A DNA stretch of 49,433 nucleotides from Octopus bimaculoides (Eukaryota). Numbering within the stretch: position 1 is the first letter of the stretch; the number at the start of each line of letters is the position of its first letter. Shown here piece by piece: positions 12,026 through 22,211 of the stretch. The notes under the pieces are model-generated. The model saw only the letters and a program-made list of their open reading frames with translations. It did no database searches and had not been told where the DNA came from. The position numbers and the translations under genes are program-made. Location: the NCBI RefSeq assembly GCF_001194135.2, contig NC_068981.1, positions 143,315,128 to 143,364,560 of the forward strand, read 5' to 3'.

Positions 12026-14499
12026 CATACACACTCGCACACGCACACATACAAACACAAAACCCCCCCAAAAAAAATCACAAAAGAGAACAGATATCCC
12101 ACAGAACATTTCAGTTTGTAATATTAACAGAGTTAAACGAAGCGTGATAAGTGGCGCTGAGACGTAAAAACGACCGCATTAAATAGCAAAAAATGTCAGA
12201 TGATAATAAAATGAAGGAAAGCGAGAAAAGAAGATGTCCATGTTGGCTTTTGATGTTACGGAGCTGCTATTTATCTATTTATTTTATTTATTTTTTTCTC
12301 GTTTTCAACATTTTTTTTCAAATACCATATGAGAATTGTAAAAATAGTGTTTCTAAAGTAATGAGTGTTACCACGTACCTACGAATAACTTTGAAATCAA
12401 CTGCATTATTGGTGTTGTAAAATCGTGAAGGTATTACAGAGACTTTATTAGTATTCCTTGATGTTGTTTTATTAGTTTTGTAAATTGTCACGTTTCTTCA
12501 CAATTGTAATACTAATGAGAAGTGTGGAACAAATGGAATGAGTAAAACGAAACTGTATTTTACTGTAATTGCTTTAAATATTTTGTTATTTTATTTTGTT
12601 TAATCATATCAACTAACTATAATGTATATATCAGCCAAATCAAGTAGCAGTAAAATCTATGAACATTGGTTCTTTCAAAACGTCAAGTTTCTGATGACAA
12701 TATTCAAATATATTTACTGCATTAATCAAGAAATATAAAACTTCTCTCCTGAGCAAACAGTAAAATATGCATTTCCGCAAATGATATAACCTTAAGATTA
12801 AGGGCAAAGAGAACTACCAATCGTAATATAATTCGAACTATGTACATATTCAGTTCACCGTTTCGTTTGAAGTTGAATTTTTAATCACAGTTTCTCAGGA
12901 CGATTTACATGTATGCCAAAATCCATCCACAAACATAAAACAGGATTCAACCTCGACGACATAATCCAAGAAATTACACATCACTTTTCTACCAAAATGC
13001 AAATTTTTACGCTTCTTTTGTAAATAGATTTTACTCTTTACTGTGTAAGTGGAAAAAACTTTGAAACTGGAGAAATAACTTTGCTTGTATCCATTCCCAA
13101 GCTTAATTTCACCTTCCAAATGCAAACTTAAGTCTCTTCAGCCAATAAAGCATAACATAATATGATCAAATGTAGTAACACTCCTTCGATAAATATATAT
13201 ATATTCAACTAGAGTTAAGCGTAACAAAAACATTTACACTTCAGAAGAATTAAACAGCTAAATTCAGGCGAAAAAAACTAGAAAATAAATATAAAGAACG
13301 GCAAATAACTGGTTCTTTTTTTGGCCATAAAGTTACAGAGAAGCATTTATTGTATCAGTTACCTCTTCCTCTTTGCAGATTCCATGCTTAGGATATTCTA
13401 AATAATGTACAAAAATTGTCATGGGAGTAAGTCTGATAAAAAATTAAATTATGTTCGAGCCACATATGTTTCTAATATCTGTACTCCCACCATGACCTCC
13501 GACTAGAAAACGCTAGTTTTTAAAATTATTGATTGTACAAAACTGAGTAACTAATAATATTGATTCTCAATGAAAGGAAAAGAAGTGGAATACTCTTTGT
13601 ACGTTATAAAATGTAATAGCCAATCAGAACGTATAAAGAATAATTTATTCTAATTTAAACTATTTTGCCAACAGTGGCGTAGAGGAATGTTCATGTTGTT
13701 GACCTTGCTACATTCAGAAAACTTTTAGCCAGACTCGAAATCGTATTTTCACCCAAGACTATTGTGCTTATGAAGTAAATCATAATACTCCTTGAGCGTG
13801 AGAGCAGAATAACTTTGCACAAGTTTCTTCTCCTTGAAATTAATTCCATATATTGTTGGTGTACTATATACCACATGATAAAAAGTGTAGAAACAGCTAT
13901 AGCTCTTTGTAGTCATTTACTTCAGATATTATATTCAGAAATTAGTAATAGAATTGAATATTCACGTGCATTGTTAGAGGAACGATCCTGACTAATCCTC
14001 ACAGAATTAACAGAACTACGCAAAGCGAACTAACAAAGCCCATCGATTTCATAATACTGCAGCTGCTTAGGGAGGTGAGCTCTTTAACGAGGAGGTACTT
14101 ACAGCTACAAGGGCTAAATTGATGAGAGTTGTGTATATTGCCCATGATAAAATTGATCGATTGATTAAACAACAACGCATTACCCGTGTTTCGGAGAGAA
14201 ATGGCTCTTCTTGATGGCCACTTGTTCCATATTCTTTTCTCCAAGAAATGGATAATATAAAATCGCATCGGGTTTTCAATTCTACAAATTCGAAACATGA
14301 AATGGCAGAAAGGGGTTACTGTTATACCTATATACATACATATACATACTACATAGATATATACAAATATTCATGCATACATCAATACATACATACATAC
14401 ATACATATGTACATACATACATGCATATATACATGTATGTATATGTGTGTGTATGAGTATATGTATCTATATATATATGGATGTATGTGAATAAATATA

Positions 14500-14616
14500 G
14501 AAGAAGAAGAAAAAGAAGAAGAAGAAGAAGAAGAAGAAGAAGAAGAAGAAGAAGAAGAAGAAGAAGAAGAAGAAGAAGAAGAAGAAGAAGAAGAAGAAGA
14601 AGAAGAAGAAGAAGAA
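14500..14616. repeat. (GAA)n microsatellite
   Basis: Near-perfect GAA tandem array. Confidence 0.97.
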
Positions 14617-14751
14617 TGAATGAAAGACGGAAAGAAAGCATGATTAGTGAGAAAGATTAAATGATTGGCAATGAGAAATATATTTAGAGTAAGAGATGAC
14701 ACGTAGAGATGATAGCATGTGATGTTATATTGTACATATGTGTGGGTCTGG

Positions 14752-14807
<56 letters not shown>

Positions 14808-15005
14808 AAGAGAGAGAGAGAAAGAGAGAGAGAGGGGAGAGAGAGAAAGAGAGATAGAGAGAGAGAAAGAGAGAGAGAGAGAAAGACAGAGAGAAAGAGA
14901 GAGAGAAAGAGAGAAAGAGAGAGAGAGATTNNNNNNNNNNNNNNNNNNNNNNNNNNNNNNNNNNNNNNNNNNNNNNNNNNNNNNNNAGAGAGAGAGAAAG
15001 AGAAA

Positions 15006-15037
<32 letters not shown>

Positions 15038-15060
15038 AAGAGAGAAAGAGAGAGAGAGAT
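14752..15060. repeat. Compound (GATA)n-(GA)n microsatellite with an internal gap
   Basis: Direct reading. Confidence 0.9.
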
Positions 15061-15175
15061 TTTATATCCAAATTTTCTGTAAATCTATGAGCCCAATAAG
15101 GTGCCGGAGTATATAGTACGACGGAATCGAACGAACTATCTGAAGTAGGAATTAAATGAAGCTCTCAGTTAAAAA

Positions 15176-15230
15176 TAGTAGTAGTAGTAGTTGTAGTAGT
15201 TTTTGTTGTTGTTGTTGTTGTTGTAGCTGC

Positions 15231-15269
<39 letters not shown>

Positions 15270-15305
15270 TGTTGTTGTTGTTGTTGTTGTAGCGGCAGTA
15301 GTAGT
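15176..15305. repeat. Compound (AGT)n/(GTT)n microsatellite
   Basis: Direct reading. It explains the Ser/Cys-rich ORF at 15156-15338. Confidence 0.9.
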
Positions 15306-15883
15306 CATGTGTCATTGCAGGTCCAGGTGGCCGATTGAAACAAAGCCGACCGTTGACACTGCAGCAATGGGCCTAGTGATATATGTTGGGTTAATTGACC
15401 ATTTTATGCAGCCTTTTCAGATGTGGACGTCCAAATAATTCAATAATTACAGAATCTCTTCCCCTGCGTTAACTGACATCTCCATTCAACCTAATCTCAA
15501 ATGGCGATGCTGCTCTCATTTGCCCTCTATTTCCACTCTATCGTTTATCATCTCTCCCCCTTTCTCACTAATCAACCGACGTTTCGTCAAATCGAGGTCG
15601 CTTAAATGTCAGGCCGCTACATTAGATAATGGAAGGTATTAATGAGATGTATGCATGTATATATACTCCCTCCGTATGAATGTACATACACAATCGTTTG
15701 TGTATGTATGTGTAATATTTCTGGCTTCATGTATTTATACTACTTTTATACGCTTGTATGAATAGCTATTTATACGCGTGTATGTGTGTGCATGTATAAT
15801 TATATATGAAGTGTACATAAAAATGAGTTTATATGTTTTACACACGTACGTATGCTTGTGAGTGTAATAGCATTATTTTATTA

Positions 15884-16085
15884 TTTTACTTGCGGCCATG
15901 TTGGAGCAATGCTTTGAAATGTTATAGTCGAAGAAATCGAGCCTGGACTTTTTGTTTGTAAGTCTACCACAGTATGTATTGTATCGATCTTTGGCCGAAC
16001 CACTATGTTACGGGGACCTAATCACGCCAACATCAGTTGTCAAGCGTTGGTGGGGAGCCAAGCAAAAACAAAAACACGCAATTAC
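15884..16085 (-). mobile_element. SINE family A, 3' body
   Basis: Reverse complement contains CCCCACCAACGCTTGACAACTGATGTTGG...CCCCGTAAC...GGTTCGGCCAAAG...GCTCCAACATGGCCGCAAGTAAAA, homologous to 5232-5435. Confidence 0.7.
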
Positions 16086-16098
16086 ACACACACGTATA

Positions 16099-16988
16099 TT
16101 GGGTCATCCCATAAATAATGCGGTTTTTAATATTTTTCTACAAAGTTACGTTCGTTACGATATACGTTGTTTTTAAATCTAAAATATATTCGCCTTCATT
16201 TTCTACAATACTCTTCCATCTATCCGCTACACTTACAAGGCCCGTCTTCTAAAATTCAGTTGACCGTGGCGAAAAATACTCCTCCAGTACTGTTCTTGCC
16301 GCGTCTACAGAATACATATTTTTTCCATCCAAATGATTTTGAAAACTGTATTAGATGGGGTAAAATCTGGCGAATATGGTAGGTGGGTAACGTTTCCTCT
16401 TCAAACTGCCCCAGCCTTTGGAATGTCATCCTCGCTGTATGTGGTTGATGCATTATCCTTTCATCTTGAAACCAAAGATGGTCGTATTCCGATGGCACAC
16501 ACGTGACGATGAATGGTTGAATGACCAAATCCAAGCCTCTCTGCTAGTTGCTCAACAGTTACGATGGGATTTTGTTCCACAAATATTTGTAGGACGTCCT
16601 CGTCGAGCCCTACAGATCTCCAGGATGATGGTCATTATCTAGGCTGTAGTTTCCGGCTCGGAATTTCTGGCACCACTGTTGACACTGGCTTACGTTTATT
16701 ATTCGATCCCCATATACTGCATTAATATTCCTCGCACTTTCCATTGCGTTGTTGCCTTTATTGAATTCATAAAGTACAATATGCCGAATAGGCTCCTTTA
16801 TTCCATTATAGCTTTGAAAACTAACTGTTAAAATCGAACTGCACTCTTCAAAACTTGCACCAAGAATTAGTAGAAGTTAAAATTATGATCTGCTTTTATA
16901 GAAAGTTGATGCAGGTAGTTTATGATGTCCCCCTCCGACTTTTAGTTCATGCAATTGAAAACACCGCATTATTTATGGGATGACTCCA
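16099..16988 (-). mobile_element. Mariner (Tc1/mariner) DNA transposon, internally deleted, both TIRs present
   Basis: Left TIR TTGGGTCATCCCATAAATAATGCGGTTTT (16099-16127, preceded by TA) pairs with AAAACACCGCATTATTTATGGGATGACTC (about 16958-16986). Minus-strand frames give KEPIRHIVLYEFNKGNNAMESARNINAVYG...WCQKFRAGNYSL (HTH), EQLAERLGFGHSTIHRH, HLPYSPDFTPS (YSPDL motif) and DRWKSIVENEGEYILD (mariner C-terminus). Frameshifts and stops are present. Confidence 0.93.
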
Positions 16989-17091
16989 CCAAAAATATAT
17001 ATATATCTATATTTGTGTGTTTGTGTTCTGTTTCCCCACCACCACCATCATTTGACAACTGATGTTGGAGCGATTACGTCCCCGTAACTTA

Positions 17092-17295
17092 TACGTCGGT
17101 TTTCATTCAGTTTCCGTCTACCAAATCCACTCACTAGGGCTGAGGTTATAGTAGAAGACACTTGCCCGATGTGCCACGCGGTAGGACTGAACCTGGAACC
17201 ATGTAGTTGAGAAGCAAACTTCTTACCGCACAGCCAGGTCTTCGCCTCCAAACAAACAGGCCTGTGCCTCCACACAGTCACGCCTGCGCCCTTAA
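17092..17295 (-). mobile_element. SINE family A, 5' head with reiterated 5' leader
   Basis: Reverse complement GGCTGTGCGGTAAGAAGTTTGCTTC...GGTTCCAGGTTCAGTCC...GAGTGGATTTGGTAGACGGAAACTGA. Confidence 0.8.
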
Positions 17296-17434
17296 GGTAA
17301 TGCTCCAGCTTAACCGCAGTAAGATAATTGAAACAAGCAAAATAATAAAAGAATAAATTGCGTGTACGTATGTGTGTGTGCATCAGTGTGTTTATGAATA
17401 TGCGCATAAATGTGATGCTATAGAATTCTTACTC

Positions 17435-17470
<36 letters not shown>

Positions 17471-18129
17471 ATATATACGTGTGTATGTATGTGGATGTGG
17501 TTATAAAAATATGTTTTTACACACAACACGTACATTTTTGTGCGTGTGTGTGTGTGTGTGCGTGCGTGCGTGTGTAAGTACACGCGTAGGCGCACGCTAG
17601 TGTGTGTGTACGTGTGTGTGTGTTTTCTGTTCTGTATGTTTTACTTACACTTTCTTTTGCAAATCAGCCACGAAAAAATAGTTTTTTTTACGAATGTCTA
17701 TTTTTAATAATCGAATTTACTTTTTTTCCTTATTTAATATCGGTATTTAACCTCACCGTATACACAGACAACATTTTCGGAAATTTCGTTTCCATGACTG
17801 GTGTGAAGTGTTACAGAGGTTAAGTACATTATATAGCAGTTGACATAGCCATAGAAATAAATGACAAAGATTAATCAATTTCTTGGTACTTAAATTTGAA
17901 TAAAAATGGAAGCATTTCAAAAGTATTCGTAAAACATGATAAAATTCATAGCTTATTTCAAATCAGACAGAAAGCTAGATATTCCTACAGGTTTATCGAT
18001 GTTTTGTATTTATATCTTTATTAGTTCACTGAATAAATTTTACAGCTAAGTTTGTTTTACTTAGTTCCAGCTGAAATAAAACGTTGATTCCTTTGTAAAA
18101 TCTTGTGCAAAATACGCGTAACCATATCT

Positions 18130-18385
18130 ACAGTCCTTCGTGACAAGAGAAACTGGAGTTATGCTGGCTCTATGGAAAATCTCATACCTGAGCAGATTAG
18201 ATTACTGCTCACAGCTTTGGCCACCAAACTCATCCAGTCTGATAGAAGAGATGGATGTGTTACAAAAAACGTTCACCTGTAAAATAACATCGGTTAGAAG
18301 GTTTATTTACAGGGGATGTCTGAAAGCACTCCTCTCAATTCCTGTAAATGTAGAAGAGAGATATATACTTTTATATAAGTATGAG
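18130..18385 (+). mobile_element. CR1/L2-group LINE, fragment C-terminal to the RT domain
   Basis: MLALWKISYLSRLDYCSQLWPP...IEEMDVLQKTFTCKI...CLKAL...EERYILLY resembles the CR1-group pattern SxLDYCSxxWxP...LExxQxxFT...RLxxL...RRERY. Confidence 0.65.
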
Positions 18386-18445
18386 TATATATGAGTAAGA
18401 ATTCTATAGCATTACATCTATGTGCATATTCATAAACACACTGAT

Positions 18446-18518
<73 letters not shown>

Positions 18519-18548
18519 TTATTCTTTTATTATGTTAGTTGTATCAAT

Positions 18549-18666
18549 TAAGGGCGCAAGTGTGACTGTGTGGAGGCACAGGCGTGTTTGAGTTGAGGCG
18601 AAAACGTGGCTGTGCAGTAAGAAATTGTTTCCCAACCACATGGTTCCAGGTTCAGTCCCACTGGGT
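18549..18666 (+). mobile_element. SINE family A, truncated head (right arm of an inverted duplication)
   Basis: GGCTGTGCAGTAAGAAATTGTTTCCCAACCACATGGTTCCAGGTTCAGTCCCAC; shares its leader with 17237-17295 (-). Confidence 0.75.
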
Positions 18667-20705
18667 AGGCTTGAATTTTAATGCAGTAACTGATAAATGA
18701 ACTGGTAAATACTATCAGCTTCTTTTTTACCACCTTCGAAATCAGGAACAAAACACTCTATTGTACTAGTCTAATATTCAGAGATATTCAATTATTGAAT
18801 TGCTCATCTCAAGAAATCGAAATTACAAAAGGAGCCTCTACTGATATATTGAAAAACCAAAACAAAAAAGAGATACACATGATAAAATCCTGGCGACGAT
18901 AGTCCGCAGCCAACCGTTTAAGGATGCAGTAAAGTAAGATCGTCTGCTACAAAAATAATTGTAGACCAACTTCCAGCCATAAAGCAACAAAAAACTGAGA
19001 GAGAATAAATGAAGTCGGTGCAGTCGTACGACTGAAACCATTAAATGAATGAAAAAGGAAAGAATAAGATATATACGATACTTTGATATCACTCAGCCAC
19101 TTGATCTCTGAGTTGAATTCTTGCAATTGCTGTCTTCACTAAATTCCCTATAACGATTCACCGTATTTAAAAATGAGGAATCTTCACATTTTTTAGGAAA
19201 GTTTCTGTATAGTGTAGCTTCGGATTTCTTTTCTGCATAAAGTTTTCACTTTCTTCTACACCATACAATATTTTTACATTGTCCCGGTTATGTAAGTTCT
19301 GCACATTACATCTGAGCTTTTTTAACTGCAACATCTTCAACACATGTTTGTAGTGATTATGTCAATTTATGTCAAATATTCGTAACATGCGCTCATCATA
19401 AAATGCGATAACTAGACTATCAGTATGTGATTCTTTGGTATAGTTTATTAGGAAGAGAGAAAGGGATGTTTATTACCCATAAGAGTTACAGCATTAATCA
19501 GTTGTATTATAATTCGAAACAACTGTATAGAAAATAAATAATCAGTATAATCACGAATCATTTTCATAGTGCGTCTAAACCTTTAAAGAATACAATATCC
19601 ATATATGCAAACTTACCACCCACCGAGATCCTATCTACCTCCACATTCTTTTTTAAAAGATATCATTTTTAATGATGAAACTATATTCACGTTATGTCCT
19701 TCAGAATATTCGGATAAATGGAATAATCACTTCATATTTTTATTTCAATTAAAGTAGTTTCTCTACCTTCATAACTGAGAATTTCAAGAAGCCAGTTTGA
19801 GAGCTACTGCAGAATTCACGTTCAACGGGATACTGGCTGAAAATTAGGTGGTATAAAAACAGCTCAATCGCTCTTGACTAGAGATCGTCCGGATGAGGGC
19901 TAGTTAGCTACTAAACACCCAAAAAAAACTGATGGGATCTCCCTAATAGGAAATCGACACCATAATATATTTATATATTTGTGTGTGTGAGGGGGTGTAG
20001 GAAATTTCAAAATTTGCATTAAAAACCCAATAAATGTGTGTGCATGTATACATATTTTCTTCATGTGAATGCGAGCTTTCAAATTTAACAACAAACGTAA
20101 CAACATAGCAGATAAAAATCTTGATTCTCTTTTGACTGTATATGGGAGTAAAATAGTGGAAGAGATTCGAAGTTTCGAGATTTAAGTGTACTTAAAAAGT
20201 CAGTTTGTAGAAAGAGAATGGGTTGAAGGGAGAATGAAAACGCGCTGAACGGAAAAAATATGTTGGCTTGTGTCATGTCAAGCTGAAAATGTCAGAGATC
20301 GAATAGCTGTGAAAAGCAAAAATAATTTCATGCGTTCAAGATCATCGGGGGAGGTAACTGCATGGAAATTATGCAGGCACATGCGTATGTGTGTGGATGT
20401 GAACCTTGCATATATATGTATATNNNNNNNNNNNNNNNNNNNNNNNNNNNNNNNNNNNNNNNNNNNNNNNNNNNNNNNNNNNNNNNNNNNNNNNNNNNNN
20501 NNNNNNNNNNNNNNNNNNNNNNNNNNNNNNNNNNNNNNNNNNNNNNNNNNNNNNNNNNNNNNNNNNNNNNNNNNNNNNNNNNNNNNNNNNNNNNNNNNNN
20601 NNNNNNNNNNNNNNNNNNNNNNNNNNNNNNNNNNNNNNNNNNNNNNNNNNNATATATGACTAGCACACTCCTACACGATTAGAGGGTTTGTACCAATAAT
20701 AGAAT

Positions 20706-21496
20706 ATACAGTTGAAAGTTACAGAAAAACAAAAGATGAAGACAGGTGTATGAACAACAAGCAGGTATATTAGTTTGACCCTCGGGAAAGTGAGAAAGTT
20801 TTTTACGTTTCGAGCCTACGCTTTTCAACAGAAACGAATAAGAGAAAATAAACAGAGAGAAAATAAACAGAGATCAGGCATGGCGGCTGATTGTGAAAAA
20901 AGTTTTAACGGGAGAGGTAGGAAGAAGGGGAGATAATAAAGTATTGGTGATCCCAAAAAGAACGTGCACGTACGTGTGTATGTGAGAATGTGTAAGTGTG
21001 TGTATGTGGATAGGGACTAGTAACTTTGATATGTGGATGTGTCCGTGTGTAAGTGTATGCGTCGATAATGTGTATCTGTGAATGATGGTGTGTGGGTGTG
21101 AAGATGATGGTGCTTAGAAGTGTTCAGTGCTAGTGTGTGTGGAAGATGTGCTTGTGGGGTGGGTCTGGGTGAGGATGTGGGGTTGGGATGTGCGTAATGT
21201 GAGTGTTGGGTGGGGTATGTGTAAGTGGGATGTGTGGTAGGTGGGGGTGGATGGATGGTTATCAATAAAGAGAGAAGGTGGGTTAGATTGAAGAGATGAA
21301 GTAGGTGTCAGAGTAAGAGAGGAGAGATTGGTAGGAGTGAAGTGAGGAAGTAGATGTGAGATGAAATGAGGAGAGGAGGGGAGTCAGATGGAGAGACGAG
21401 GGGAGTTGAGGCCATGTGGCGCAAAGGAGCGAAGAGAGAAGATTAATACCTGATAACGGATGGCCCCTGTGCAAAGACAATCCGGAAATAGACAGG
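20706..21496 (-). mobile_element. Penelope-like retroelement 3' fragment, same family as 4088-5190
   Basis: Reverse complement contains ATTAATCTTCTCTCTTCGCTCCTTTGCGCCACATGG (LIFSLRSFAPHG), as at 4279-4312. It also has the TTTGGGATCACCAATACTTTATTATCTCCCC block and the GCGTAGGCTCGAAACGT tail seen at 4930-5100. Confidence 0.85.
20798..20835 (-). ncRNA. Candidate minimal hammerhead-ribozyme-like motif in a PLE tail (second copy)
   Basis: GUUU-CUGUUGA-A-AAGC(GUAG)GCUC-GAAACGU-A-AAAAAC, the same architecture as 5065-5100. Confidence 0.5.
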
Positions 21497-21846
21497 CCTT
21501 GTATGCATACATTTTTCAAAATCTATGTGCCAGTGAAATGCGTTTTCGTTTAGCTTATATTCGGGTATGAGCGTCGTAACTTATGTGAATACTGAGTTTT
21601 TGCGGCAATGATGTGAAAGTTCTGAATGAATAAAAACAGAAACGCGTAAAGCCAGTTTACCAATACACGGTAAGATTCAGTCTCCTAGTTTGGATGACAA
21701 CATCTTTTGATGCTAATAAACCTCCACTCCTCGTACTGGAAAGCGATGCATCCAAATTGTCACTAAGTATTCTGGGGATTAGCCAATCGTTATAATTTCC
21801 TATATCCGTGTCAAGAGAATCATTAACATGTAGCTACCTTTCCTAT

Positions 21847-22211
21847 GGAGGCGCAATGGCCAAGTGGTTAGGGCAGCGGACTCGCGGTCGTAGGATCGCG
21901 GTTTCGATACCCAGACCGGCCGTTGTAAGTGTTTATTGAGCGAAAACACCTAAAGCTCCACGAGGCTCCGGCAGGGGATGGTGGCGAAGCCTGCTGTCCT
22001 CTTTCACCACAACTTTCTCTCACTCTTTCTTTCTGTTGTATCTGTATTTCAAAGGGCCAGCCTTGTCACACTCTGTGTCACGCTGAATTTCCCTGAGAAC
22101 TACGTTAAGCGTACACGTGTCTGTGGAGTGCTCAGCCACTTGCACGTTAATTTCACGAGCAGGCTGTTCCGTTGATCGGATCAACTGGAACCCTCGTCGT
22201 CGTAACCGACG
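21847..22211 (+). mobile_element. tRNA-headed SINE family B, apparently full length
   Basis: GGAGGCGCAATGGCCAAGTGGTTAGGGCAGCGGACTCG...GGTTTCGATACC (A and B boxes), followed by a GC-richer body that contrasts with the AT-rich flanks. Only one copy in the window. Confidence 0.7.

Noticed and set aside
19885-19970. Hammerhead-like fragments (GGATGA-GGGC...AAAC; CTGATGG...GAAAT)
   Set aside because: Core nucleotides and stems are too degenerate, and there is no linked PLE coding sequence.
20110-20370. Weak RTE-like RT C-terminal peptide (VYGSKIVEEIRSF...YLKSQ)
   Set aside because: Too degenerate to call without a profile search.
21847-21925. tRNA-like sequence
   Set aside because: It has A and B boxes but no closed cloverleaf and continues into a SINE body, so it is a SINE head, not a tRNA gene.
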